From Meyerozyma guilliermondii (taxonomy: Eukaryota): DNA of 64,000 nucleotides. Position 1 is the stretch's first letter; every line of letters begins with the position of its first letter. The notes under the pieces are model-generated. The model saw only the letters and a list, made by a program, of their open reading frames with translations, had not been told where the DNA came from and did no database searches. Made by a program: the position numbers and the translations under genes. Below, in pieces: positions 21,890-32,485 of this stretch. The DNA is taken from contig CP128816.1 in assembly GCA_051546255.1 (NCBI GenBank), positions 1,488,001 to 1,552,000 on the forward strand, read 5' to 3'.

Positions 21890-23322
21890 ATCGGGCGGCT
21901 CGGAGATTGCGAAAAAATTTTTGTGCGTGCAAAAACTTCATTGACACTTATTGTAGTTTCTGTTTTATGGTTGTGCCACGAGAACTCACGTTACTTGGCA
22001 CAGATGTGCCCCACTTTTAGCGCGCGGAGAGCGTCGTCAGCGAGCGGGGATATTGAAAAATTTGGGTCAAATCAATGCATGTCTAAGCATCATTGATATT
22101 GCATTGTAGACTTTTAATATAGTGGAAAAAGGTAGAATAGAAGAGTAGAGGTCACATCGGATCAAGTGGAACACGTCGTCAAGAACAACCGGGTCTTGGT
22201 TGGCGATAACCGGTGACAGATTCGGCCACCTGCATGGCGCTCCGTCCGTGCATGAAAAAGAACACAGTCACGTGATCGGAAGACAAATTTCTTGCATGGC
22301 GTTATCTTTAAAATTGCTGGCGGGTTCGTACCTAAAAAGTCACCCTATCGGCAAAATTCCCCTGATATGGCATCGGAACGTAGCTTGGGGTAAATTTTCT
22401 ACGAAGACAAATTTTGGACCAGCATTTCTTTAGAACGCTGGTCAACGGTTAGCACGGCTTCATGACGTAATATCCAAGATATGGCAGGGGTATGAGCAGG
22501 GCTCGCAGATGGTCGTGTAATGGGTATTCGGCACAAGCGATACCTTAATCAGCGAATCGGTGCGAATTATCGGGTAAATCGGCCCAGGATTTACGTCGGA
22601 CTACTGAAAATTACCGAGTCGGCTGGTATCCGGCCGAACCCATACAAAGCTAAACGATGGAAAAAGAAATATATATGAATTGGAATTAAACGTTGGTTAC
22701 GACAAAATTCAGGTAGTTTACGGCTGAGTAGCAATCACAAATTTAAACGATGAACTTAGAATCGAAATTTCATCCAATAGCATCTCTTGATTAATCTTAC
22801 CGTTTTTGCCGGATATGTGGACCCGGCATGTTCGGAATGCACCCTAGTTACCACAACACCGCATTCCGGATAATACAGGTGTGCATCCCCTAAACAGGAT
22901 GAATGCAGCCTTTTTCGGCCCGTAGCAGTTTATAGTACACAAACAGCCCAAAAAGGCAAGTACATGCAGTCATTGTTAGCTTGTATGCCGTCATTTGACA
23001 AAGAGCGCCGCAAATAAGCCGCGAAGTCTCCGGATTCGGCGCACTTACCATACCCATTACGGCCGAACAAAAACACACACCTGTCTTATCAGGAACGATT
23101 GCCAGTCCACCTGCCGCTTCTTCCAAAAAAATTCCCTCAATTGCATATCTTATTTTTTTTTCAGCGCCGAAAATCTCTCAGCCGTATATAAACCGGTGGA
23201 TTGGCAATTTCTTAACTTAGAGGTTTTTTTGGTACCTTTACTTGTTTCCCGTTTGTGTAGTGTAATAACTTCTGTTAGCATTTAGTTACAGCTAGCTTAA
23301 TACAGAAACGGAACAATTAAAC

Positions 23323-26016
23323 ATGTCTGACGCTACCGAACCTAAGGTCGAAAAGGTCGACAAGGTCCAATCCGACGACGAGGATGAGGATATTGATCAA
23401 TTGATCATGGATTTACAATCCAACCATGGACTCGATGAAGCTGAATCTGATGATGAGGCCGAACAGGGTTCTTTCAAGGCTGTTCCTGAAGAGTTGTTGA
23501 AAACTGACCCAACCACTGGTCTTACTTCTGATGAAGTTTCCAAGAGAAGAAAGAAGTTTGGTCTTAACCAGATGGCTGAAGAGAAGGAGAACTTGGTGTT
23601 GAAGTTCATCATGTTCTTTGTTGGTCCTATTCAATTCGTTATGGAAGCCGCTGCCGTTTTGGCTGCTGGTTTGGAGGACTGGGTCGATTTCGGTGTCATT
23701 TGTGCTCTTTTGTTGTTGAACGCCTTTGTTGGTTTCGTGCAAGAATACCAAGCTGGTTCCATTGTGGATGAGTTGAAGAAGACTTTGGCTAACACTGCTT
23801 TTGTTATCAGAGATGGTACTCTCGTTGAGGTTCAAGCCAACGAGATTGTTCCTGGTGATGTTCTTCAATTGGAAGACGGTACTGTTATTCCAGCTGATGG
23901 TAGAATTGTTTCTGAGGACTGTTTGTTGCAAGTTGACCAGTCCGCCATTACTGGTGAATCGTTGGCTGTTGACAAGAGACACGGTGACTCCACCTACTCT
24001 TCTTCTACCGTCAAGACTGGTGAAGCTTTCATGATTGTTACTGCCACTGGTGACTCTACTTTCGTCGGTAGAGCCGCTGCTTTGGTTAACAAGGCCGGAG
24101 CTGGTACTGGTCACTTTACTGAAGTGTTGAACAGTATTGGTACCACCTTGTTGGTGTTGGTCATTGTCACCCTCTTGGTTGTGTGGGTTGCTTGTTTCTA
24201 CCGTACCGTTAAGATTGTTGCAATCTTGAGATACACCTTGGCTATCACCATTATTGGTGTCCCAGTTGGTTTGCCCGCTGTCGTTACCACTACCATGGCT
24301 GTCGGTGCTGCTTACTTGGCTAAGAAGCAAGCTATTGTGCAAAAGTTGTCTGCTATTGAGTCCCTTGCTGGTGTCGAAATCTTGTGTTCCGACAAGACCG
24401 GTACCTTGACCAAGAACAAATTGTCTCTTCACGAGCCATACACTGTTGAAGGTGTTGAGGCTGATGACTTGATGTTGACTGCTTGTTTGGCTGCTTCTAG
24501 AAAGAAGAAGGGTTTGGATGCTATTGACAAGGCTTTCCTTAAGTCTTTGATTAACTACCCAAGAGCTAAGGCTGCTTTGACCAAGTACAAGGTTATTGAG
24601 TTCCAGCCTTTCGACCCTGTCTCTAAGAAGGTTACTGCTATTGTCGAATCCCCAGAGGGTGAGAGAATTATCTGTGTCAAGGGTGCTCCTTTGTTCGTCT
24701 TGAAGACTGTCGAGGATGACCACCCAATCCCTGAAGATGTCCACGAAAACTACCAAAACACTGTCGCTGAATTTGCTTCCAGAGGTTTCAGATCTTTGGG
24801 TGTTGCTAGAAAGAGAGGTGAAGGTCACTGGGAAATTCTTGGTATTATGCCTTGTATGGATCCTCCAAGAGATGACACTGCTGCCACTGTGAACGAAGCC
24901 CGTCGTTTGGGTTTGAGAGTTAAGATGTTAACTGGTGATGCCGTTGGTATTGCTAAGGAAACTTGTCGTCAATTGGGTCTTGGTACTAACATTTACGATG
25001 CTGACAGATTGGGTTTGTCCGGCGGTGGTGACATGGCTGGTTCCGAGATTGCTGACTTCGTTGAAAACGCTGATGGTTTCGCTGAAGTGTTCCCTCAACA
25101 CAAGTACAACGCTGTTGAGATCTTGCAATCCAGAGGTTACTTGGTTGCTATGACTGGTGATGGTGTCAATGATGCCCCATCTTTGAAGAAGGCTGACACT
25201 GGTATTGCTGTCGAAGGTGCTACCGATGCCGCTCGTTCTGCCGCTGATATTGTTTTCCTTGCCCCAGGTCTTTCTGCTATTATTGATGCTTTGAAGACTT
25301 CCCGTCAAATTTTCCACAGAATGTACGCCTACGTGGTGTACCGTATTGCTTTGTCTTTGCACTTGGAAATTTTCTTGGGATTGTGGATTGCCATCTTGAA
25401 CAAATCTTTGAACATTGACTTGGTTGTGTTTATTGCCATTTTTGCTGATGTTGCTACCTTGGCTATTGCTTACGACAATGCTCCTTACGACCCTGCTCCA
25501 GTCAAGTGGAACACTCCAAGATTGTGGGGTATGTCCATTATCCTTGGTATAATTTTGGCTGTTGGTACTTGGATTACTTTGACTTCCATGTTCGTTAAGA
25601 AGGGTGGTATTGTTCAAAACTTTGGTGGTCTTGACGGTATCCTTTTCTTGCAAATCTCTTTGACTGAGAACTGGTTGATTTTCGTCACCAGAGCCAATGG
25701 TCCTTTCTGGTCCTCGATTCCATCTTGGCAATTGGGTGGTGCCGTCCTTATCGTTGATATCATCGCCACCTGTTTCACCTTGTTCGGCTGGTGGTCTCAA
25801 AACTGGACTGACATCGTTACCGTTGTCAGAGTCTGGATCTGGTCCTTCGGTGTCTTCTGTGTCATGGGTGGTACTTACTACTTGATGTCTGAATCCGAAG
25901 GATTCGACAACTTGTGTAACGGTAGACCAAGAAAGCCACAACAAGACAGAAGAACTGTCGAGGACTTCTTGATGTCGATGCAAAGAGTATCTACTCAACA
26001 CGAGAAGTCAACATAA
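23323..26016 (+). CDS. PMA1: Plasma-membrane H+-ATPase
   Basis: P-type motifs TGES, DKTGT, KGAP and [15 protein letters not shown]-terminus QRVSTQHEK; strong codon bias. Confidence 0.99.
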   Translation: MSDATEPKVEKVDKVQSDDEDEDIDQLIMDLQSNHGLDEAESDDEAEQGSFKAVPEELLKTDPTTGLTSDEVSKRRKKFGLNQMAEEKENLVLKFIMFFVGPIQFVMEAAAVLAAGLEDWVDFGVICALLLLNAFVGFVQEYQAGSIVDELKKTLANTAFVIRDGTLVEVQANEIVPGDVLQLEDGTVIPADGRIVSEDCLLQVDQSAITGESLAVDKRHGDSTYSSSTVKTGEAFMIVTATGDSTFVGRAAALVNKAGAGTGHFTEVLNSIGTTLLVLVIVTLLVVWVACFYRTVKIVAILRYTLAITIIGVPVGLPAVVTTTMAVGAAYLAKKQAIVQKLSAIESLAGVEILCSDKTGTLTKNKLSLHEPYTVEGVEADDLMLTACLAASRKKKGLDAIDKAFLKSLINYPRAKAALTKYKVIEFQPFDPVSKKVTAIVESPEGERIICVKGAPLFVLKTVEDDHPIPEDVHENYQNTVAEFASRGFRSLGVARKRGEGHWEILGIMPCMDPPRDDTAATVNEARRLGLRVKMLTGDAVGIAKETCRQLGLGTNIYDADRLGLSGGGDMAGSEIADFVENADGFAEVFPQHKYNAVEILQSRGYLVAMTGDGVNDAPSLKKADTGIAVEGATDAARSAADIVFLAPGLSAIIDALKTSRQIFHRMYAYVVYRIALSLHLEIFLGLWIAILNKSLNIDLVVFIAIFADVATLAIAYDNAPYDPAPVKWNTPRLWGMSIILGIILAVGTWITLTSMFVKKGGIVQNFGGLDGILFLQISLTENWLIFVTRANGPFWSSIPSWQLGGAVLIVDIIATCFTLFGWWSQNWTDIVTVVRVWIWSFGVFCVMGGTYYLMSESEGFDNLCNGRPRKPQQDRRTVEDFLMSMQRVSTQHEKST

Positions 26017-26271
26017 TCTCCTCCTTAGAGTCGAGTTATCATTTTCCACGAGTATTGAAACATGATGTTGGTTTTGGTTACCCAGCACGTGTGTTGGAAA
26101 ATGGTATTACTTTGCTCCATGATTCCCATTCCCGTCATTTAAGTTTTTTTTAATATTTAATTTCGTATTATAGCAATGATAGATAGTAACAATTTGGTGT
26201 AGAAACTACTGATGGTAGTGTAAAAGACTACAAGTCCTTTGAATTATCGTATTAACTTTATTGTGTATTAA

Positions 26272-27228
26272 CTAATTGAGCGCCCATGCATCGAAGTACG
26301 CAACTTCTTTATGTGGTTCGGTGTCTATCGTCTTGAAATGTTCAAAGATTGAGGATGACTTATTTTGCAACAATTTTTTGAAGTCTGGCGCAATGTTCGG
26401 GTCTTCTTCGTATGCTCGTCCAAACCCAGCCTCTAAAACGCTCAGCCAGGTAGCCCTATAAGTGTCTGGGACGGATGGTAATGCTTCTAGTTTGTCATCG
26501 TAAATAAGTAGTTCGTTCAAAGCTCGAATATCATTTATGACCAATTCGACGTTGGAAATATTGTTCGATGAAATGAAGTCCAGGATCTCGTTGATGTTGA
26601 CCAGGCCCATATTACTTGTTGGATACATGGCCTGGACTGGGTTCACGTTGGGGGAGGGTGGTTGGAATGCAGCAGGGTATGTCTTGGATGCAACGAATCT
26701 CCAAATTACCGACACAAGCGAGTCGATAAACTCGGTATCTAGTTCAGAATCAGTAAACCATGGTCCACCAGTAACTTCAATGGAAGGCTGTAAGTTGTAG
26801 AGCATGTAAATTTTCCTAGTAGGGTGCTTGACCGACTTGATGGATTTAATGTACCGCTGATTCTCCAAAGACTTGAGACATCTAGCCACGATATGTTGAT
26901 GCAAATTTGTTTTCGCCTTGATGGTCTTGGTCCATATTCCTTCTCGACCCGAAGCCTCGATATATGAATAAATCATCGCTTCGTCATCACTCATCGAGGT
27001 GAACTTCGATGCCTCCACAATGCTGATTGCCTGGAATCGCAATTCTCCACCTTCTTTAACCAATTTGACATACTTGGAAGTCATGAGCTCCTGTACGAGC
27101 TCCAAAAGCTCTGTTAAGTCGCTTGTTTGAAGTAATTCTTGAAGTGCTTCTTGCGAGTAGAGCTTATCCGGCAGGGCCATCATCTTGTCATGCAAGGTCT
27201 GGGCACGTTCGGAGACCGGCATTGTCAT
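26272..27228 (-). CDS. RPC34: RNA polymerase III subunit C34
   Basis: Motifs IYSYIEASGREGIWTKTIK, KSVKHPTRKIYMLYNLQPS and TGGPWFTD. Confidence 0.96.
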   Translation of the reverse strand: MTMPVSERAQTLHDKMMALPDKLYSQEALQELLQTSDLTELLELVQELMTSKYVKLVKEGGELRFQAISIVEASKFTSMSDDEAMIYSYIEASGREGIWTKTIKAKTNLHQHIVARCLKSLENQRYIKSIKSVKHPTRKIYMLYNLQPSIEVTGGPWFTDSELDTEFIDSLVSVIWRFVASKTYPAAFQPPSPNVNPVQAMYPTSNMGLVNINEILDFISSNNISNVELVINDIRALNELLIYDDKLEALPSVPDTYRATWLSVLEAGFGRAYEEDPNIAPDFKKLLQNKSSSIFEHFKTIDTEPHKEVAYFDAWALN

Positions 27229-27411
27229 TAGATTGTTGAGTGGTGGTTCTGCTGTTTACGGTATGCTTTTTTTTTGCACCAGGTATGCTACTTTTGTTTT
27301 ATGGTCCGAATCAACAAGTTTGTAGGTGATGAGATTTTTTTATTTTTGTGTCACATTTCGCAGCTCTGAGACTGGAGACGAGAGCAACTCTCCACCACTC
27401 CAAACCTCGCT

Positions 27412-28275
27412 ATGAGCGACCTTGACGATGAGTTGAACAACCCCAAAGATACTAAGACCATCAGGTTCAAAAAGCTTGCGCCTGGGGTCAGAAAGCAGAC
27501 TTCAAGGAAACCAAAATTGAGTTTTGATGACGAAAACGAAGAGGATGCTGGCATAAAACAGGCAACAAAAGTTCCGAAACCTGGTTTCAAAGGAGGTAGC
27601 GCACCTGTTACAGTTGTAGGTGAAGCAGGATTGAAACTGAGCTACACCAGAAAGATTTCTGCTGACGAAAATGCTGAAAGTCAACCGTCAGTCGACACAC
27701 CAAAAGTCAAATCTACGAACAAAAATGAAGAAATTCACCCAAGCATCACCAGAAATATTGACCCGTTAACGGGCTTACCAATTGACAGCGAGGACCATCA
27801 AAAAGATGTAAAACAGGAGGAATCTTCACACCCCTCAAATATTCATTCCATACATTCTTTCAAAGCAGACACAGAAAATATTCCTATACACGACGACGAC
27901 GAGGAGGAGATAGAAGATGGGAAAAATGAGCTTATAATGACACTCGATGATGCTTTTGTAGAAGATGGCCCACTAGGTTTATCGGGAGAACCTGCACCTT
28001 TCACTGTGGACGCAAACATGTACGACCTCGAATTGGGATCACCGGCACCTTCAGAAACAATATCCAATGGGGAGAATGAACTTTCTGGAAAATCAAATGT
28101 TTTACGTGAAAAACCACCAGATTTGCAGCTGCAAATCGACGCATTAAGACAGTCAATTGCCACCCTCAAAACCGATCAATCACAGGCTGAAAAGGATTTT
28201 TCAGAAGTAAAGGCACAACTTGACCAAATCTCTGATCAAAAGTCCAAACTCGCCGATACATTAAAAGATATATAG
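27412..28275 (+). CDS. Acidic low-complexity protein with a C-terminal coiled coil; possibly an Ntr2-like spliceosome disassembly factor
   Basis: 287-aa ATG-initiated ORF filling the gap between RPC34 and ARG3. Basic N-terminus followed by KLSFDDE, then a heptad-like C-terminus. The gene is probably real but its identity is tentative. Confidence 0.6.
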   Translation: MSDLDDELNNPKDTKTIRFKKLAPGVRKQTSRKPKLSFDDENEEDAGIKQATKVPKPGFKGGSAPVTVVGEAGLKLSYTRKISADENAESQPSVDTPKVKSTNKNEEIHPSITRNIDPLTGLPIDSEDHQKDVKQEESSHPSNIHSIHSFKADTENIPIHDDDEEEIEDGKNELIMTLDDAFVEDGPLGLSGEPAPFTVDANMYDLELGSPAPSETISNGENELSGKSNVLREKPPDLQLQIDALRQSIATLKTDQSQAEKDFSEVKAQLDQISDQKSKLADTLKDI

Positions 28276-28307
28276 ACAATATTCACTTATGGTATAGTCA
28301 CGGCCGT

Positions 28308-28386
28308 GTCACGTGCCAGATTGTCCACCGCGGTTAGAGAAAAATTACTCAATTGGTGAGTCATTACCGTAACTGAGTATATAAAA
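28308..28386 (+). promoter_or_regulatory. ARG3 promoter: Cbf1-type GTCACGTG (28308), Gcn4 site TGAGTCA (28357-28363), TATA box (28378)
   Basis: Exact motif matches upstream of an amino-acid biosynthesis gene. Confidence 0.7.
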
Positions 28387-28457
28387 CCTGGTTGCAAACC
28401 ACGTTCCCCAGTTGTTGAACCGTTCAGAGTTATTTAGAAACTCGCTCTCTTCCAGTT

Positions 28458-29477
28458 ATGTTCAAAAGTTTGTTCAAATCTAGCTCAAGGAATTTCACCA
28501 TGTCACCAACTGTTTCTTCGGCTTCTCCTCGTCACTTGAAGAGCATGTTAGATGTCAACCACCAGGAATTGACCGCTCTTGTTGATAACGCCGCCAAGTT
28601 CAAGGCAAATCTCAAGGCTGGCGTGAATGCTCGTGAATATCATCAAAAACTTTTGGGAAAATTAGTTGCTATGTTATTTTCCAAAAGATCAACCAGAACC
28701 AGAGTCAGTACTGAAGGTGCTGCTGCTTTCTTTGGTGCCCAACCAATGTTTCTTGGTAAGGACGACATTCAATTGGGCGTAAACGAGTCTATTTATGATA
28801 CAACAAAGGTGATTTCTTCAATGGTATCTTGTATCTTTGCCAGAGTGAATAAGCATAGTGAAATTTTGGAACTCTGCAAGCACTCAGATGTCCCTATTAT
28901 CAATGCCTTGTGTGACAAGTACCATCCATTGCAGGCAATTGCCGATATTTTGGCCATCAAGGAAGCTTTTGGTACTACTCAAGGATTGAAATTGACCTGG
29001 ATTGGTGATGCGAACAATGTCATCAACGACTTGGCCATAGCAGCTCTCAAGTCGGGAATTTCTGTATCTGTGGTGACACCTTCAGATATAAGCTTTGACA
29101 GCGATATCAAGCAAGAGGCTGAAAAGTTGGCTGAAGCTTCTGGACTTAAATTCGAGACCCTGCACGATCCAATTTCAGCATTGAATTCTGCTAATATAGT
29201 CGTTACCGATACATGGATATCTATGGGTGAAGAGGCTCAGAAACAAGCCAAATTGAAGCAGTTTGCAGGGTTTCAGATCAGCCAGGAAATGATCAAAAAA
29301 AGCAATATTGCTTCGAATTGGAAATTTATGCATTGTCTTCCTCGTCATCCCGAAGAAGTTGCAGACGACGTTTTTTACAGCGACAACTCAATTGTGTTCC
29401 CCGAGGCGGAAAACCGTCTCTATGCTGCCATTTCTGTGCTCGATGCGTTTGTGGTCAATAGGGGTAAAATCATCTAG
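28458..29477 (+). CDS. ARG3: Ornithine carbamoyltransferase
   Basis: Motifs KRSTRTR, HPLQ, TDTWISMG, FMHCLPR and EAENR. Confidence 0.97.
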   Translation: MFKSLFKSSSRNFTMSPTVSSASPRHLKSMLDVNHQELTALVDNAAKFKANLKAGVNAREYHQKLLGKLVAMLFSKRSTRTRVSTEGAAAFFGAQPMFLGKDDIQLGVNESIYDTTKVISSMVSCIFARVNKHSEILELCKHSDVPIINALCDKYHPLQAIADILAIKEAFGTTQGLKLTWIGDANNVINDLAIAALKSGISVSVVTPSDISFDSDIKQEAEKLAEASGLKFETLHDPISALNSANIVVTDTWISMGEEAQKQAKLKQFAGFQISQEMIKKSNIASNWKFMHCLPRHPEEVADDVFYSDNSIVFPEAENRLYAAISVLDAFVVNRGKII

Positions 29478-29588
29478 TTTGTACCACTGCTTATAAAGCT
29501 TTGCCACAAACACACGGAACACAAATGTATATATTGGGCAAATTTACAAACGCAAATCAACTTACTTTCTGTTATTTTTTTGACTATC

Positions 29589-30446
29589 ATGGTAAACTTT
29601 AATTTTATCAAGTCTGGAATCCTACCAGTCGCTCTTGGTGCATCTTTTGCTGTAGCTGCTACGGCACCCCAATTTTTGTCCAATCCAAAGGAGATTGTCG
29701 CCATTGCTGACTTTCCTTATGGTTTTGATAAACTGGTGGATGGAAACATCGTTTTCACTGCCAAAGATGGCGGTCCTGTTCATGTCCATGTAGACATCAC
29801 AGGTTTACCCTCTGAAGATTCCTTAACCTACCATGTCCACGAAGGAAGTGTTCCATCTGATGGTGACTGTGAAGCTATTGGACCCATTTTGGACCCTTTT
29901 GCGGGACAAGAAGTTTGTGGAGCCGATCCTGCTCAATGCAAGATTGGTGATTTATCTGGAAAGCACAATGAGATTACCGGCGAAATTTTTGAGCAAAAGT
30001 ATGTGGATTCGTTTTTGTCGTTGGACGCAAAAGCACCAGCTTCCATTCTTGGGAAGTCAATTGCTTTCCACCATTCCAACGGAACCAAGTTTGCTTGTTC
30101 AAACATTGAAGCTGCCGCCAAGGTGAGACTTGCCAGTCTCAAAGAAGAATACTTGGGAAGCGGTAACGACGACCTCGCATTTCTCGAGGAGATTGACGGA
30201 CCTTTGGAGACTCTGACACCATCGGTGGAGGAATCCAAGGAACCTGTTATTGCAGCCATGAGATCGGTTCTGTGGGAACATGCCAATGCCACTAAATTTC
30301 AAAATGTGTCGGCATCTGCCGACTGGAATTGCACCCACGATGAAGAAGACACCCCAGCCGTCAAGACGAGTATCTGTGAAGACTCTTCCGCGACTAGGAG
30401 TGTCTCTTTGATGTCGTTGCTTTCTTTGCTTGCATTCCTCATCTAA
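29589..30446 (+). CDS. Secreted, GPI-anchored Cu-only SOD family protein (SOD4/5/6-like)
   Basis: Signal peptide, motifs YHVHE, GDLSGKH and SILGKSIAFH...FAC, and a hydrophobic C-terminal GPI signal. ATG at 29589. Confidence 0.88.
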   Translation: MVNFNFIKSGILPVALGASFAVAATAPQFLSNPKEIVAIADFPYGFDKLVDGNIVFTAKDGGPVHVHVDITGLPSEDSLTYHVHEGSVPSDGDCEAIGPILDPFAGQEVCGADPAQCKIGDLSGKHNEITGEIFEQKYVDSFLSLDAKAPASILGKSIAFHHSNGTKFACSNIEAAAKVRLASLKEEYLGSGNDDLAFLEEIDGPLETLTPSVEESKEPVIAAMRSVLWEHANATKFQNVSASADWNCTHDEEDTPAVKTSICEDSSATRSVSLMSLLSLLAFLI

Positions 30447-30861
30447 TGACTGTTGTCATCATTCTTCACCCATAGCTCAAACCTGCCAACAGCCTAAATA
30501 GTCAATAACAGATCAAGTACCTTACTCTTCTTGTCGCTGACTCTTCGTTGTCGCTTCCTCTTTCAACTGTCGCTTGCTACCCTTTTCGTCTCGTTTTCGC
30601 AGCCGCCAAGTGCCGCGCACCGAATGTGGCTCAAGATACCGAGAATTGTGGCCCACGAAGTAAATTCTCCGTTCTGGAATAGAGAGTCGCTGTCAGGTCC
30701 AGTCAGTAGAATCATAAAACTTCACTTTCTAGAGACATTGGTTTATAGATACGAGCTTTTGAAATCGAACCAACATACTCCGTTTACCCCAATTGAGAGG
30801 GGTACTGTATACAGCTAATCTATATAAGTAATCAAAGTCCCCCCACTTACCATCATTCAGC

Positions 30862-31869
30862 ATGACTACTGTATACGTTTCTGGTGCCACGGGTTTCATT
30901 GCCCAACACGTTGTAAAGCAATTGCTCTCCAAAGGATACAAGGTGATTGGATCTGTCAGATCCACTGAGAAAGGAGACGACTTGGTAAAGAATTTCGGCT
31001 CGGACTTCAAGTATGAAGTTGTGGCTGATGTGGGGGTTCCAGGTGCGTTTGATGAATCGTTGAAAAAGCACCCAGAGGTCAGTGTTTTCCTCCATACTGC
31101 CTCTCCGTTTCATTTCAATGCGAAGGATGTTGAGAAGGATTTACTTCTTCCTGCTACTGAAGGAACCAAAAACGCATTGAAAGCAATCAAGAACCACGGT
31201 CCTCAAATCAAGAGGGTGGTAGTCACATCGTCATACGCTGCTGTGGGTGATGCTTCTCATGAGGAAGATCCAAACCATGTTAACACGGAGGAATCTTGGA
31301 ACGAAATATCATGGGAAGGTGCTTTAAAGGACGTGAGGCAAGGGTATCGAGGATCGAAAACTTTTGCGGAAAGAGCCGCCTGGCAATTCGTTAAGGATGA
31401 AAAACCAACTTTCGTTTTATCCACCGTTAATCCAGTTCTTGTTTTTGGTCCACAAGCGTTTGACTCTGCCGTTAAAGACACCCTCAACACTTCATCGGAA
31501 GTCATCAACAACTTTTTCAAGTTGAAGTCGTCCGATCCTGTGCCCTCCGCTAACGGTCGTTTCATAGACGTAAGGGACGTGGCGAGGGCTCATTTGGTTG
31601 CATTCGAGAAGGACAGTGCCAAAAACCAACGGTTGGTCATGACTGCAGGCGACTTTTCTGGTCAAGAGATTGCCGATATCATTCACAAAAACTTTGCTGA
31701 AGCCAGTAAAGATGTGCCAGTGGGCAAGCCAGGTACTGGCCCACAATTGAGGACCAACATGTCCAAGAGTAATTTTTCAAAGACTGAAAATATCTTGGGA
31801 TTCAAGTACATTGATTTGGAAAAGAGCGTTATTGACTCTGTCCAGCAGGTGATTAAAAAAAAAGCTTAG
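30862..31869 (+). CDS. NADPH-dependent methylglyoxal/aldehyde reductase (GRE2-like extended SDR)
   Basis: Motifs VSGATGFIA, HTASP, VVTSSYAA, YRGSK and IDVRDVA. Confidence 0.93.
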   Translation: MTTVYVSGATGFIAQHVVKQLLSKGYKVIGSVRSTEKGDDLVKNFGSDFKYEVVADVGVPGAFDESLKKHPEVSVFLHTASPFHFNAKDVEKDLLLPATEGTKNALKAIKNHGPQIKRVVVTSSYAAVGDASHEEDPNHVNTEESWNEISWEGALKDVRQGYRGSKTFAERAAWQFVKDEKPTFVLSTVNPVLVFGPQAFDSAVKDTLNTSSEVINNFFKLKSSDPVPSANGRFIDVRDVARAHLVAFEKDSAKNQRLVMTAGDFSGQEIADIIHKNFAEASKDVPVGKPGTGPQLRTNMSKSNFSKTENILGFKYIDLEKSVIDSVQQVIKKKA

Positions 31870-32064
31870 GCTCGAAATTTTAGTTCATCAAAGTACATCA
31901 AACAAGCGTACAACTATCAAACATATCAGGCAACGCTAAATACGTCAAATAGCTTCGTGCGATCCAATGCATACACTGCATTGAACAGTTTCTTATTCCG
32001 TTCTATTAATAATTTTCATGAGCCACCTATTGAGCCCCCGTGGCGGCTGCAGGATATTCGCGTA

Positions 32065-32102
32065 GGTATCGCATCGGTATCTCATCGGTATCGCATCGGT
32101 AT
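32065..32102. repeat. Tandem 11-bp repeat GGTATC(G/T)CATC, about 3.5 copies, intergenic
   Basis: Read directly in the spacer between the GRE2-like gene and BMT. Confidence 0.85.
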
Positions 32103-32485
32103 ATTATTCAGAGCCTAGCGGAAGTCCGCGATACAGAAATGCGAAGAGTCTGATGAGGATGCATTGCATTTGGTTAGACGATCTCACTACAGCCACACCT
32201 CCACATTCACACCCCTAACTTCTCGGCACACCCTTGCATAGTGGCTTATTTATAGTTTAGGCTCGCACTACTTAATTAGAAAATGTTTGTGATTCTTGGG
32301 CTGTGCTGAACAAAGTACGGCATACAGCCCAGCATTGCTGCAAGATTTTCCCAATGCGGCGGTGGTTGCGTCAATATGACAGTTGCTAGATTGCGCCAAA
32401 GATATGGCTCGTAATGTCGCCTGGTTGTAGAATTTTTTATCTCGTGCTACTCTTATCTTGTCTGTAAAAGCGGTTGTTTACCATC

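Noticed and set aside
22200..23285. Small ORFs and a B-box-like GGTTCGTACC in the PMA1 upstream region
   Set aside because: Non-ATG starts, no coding signature, and no A-box or cloverleaf for a tRNA.
23413..26001. Long antisense ORFs (471 aa and 357 aa) opposite PMA1
   Set aside because: Expected shadow of extreme codon bias (few TTA/CTA/TCA codons means few antisense stops); no recognisable protein.
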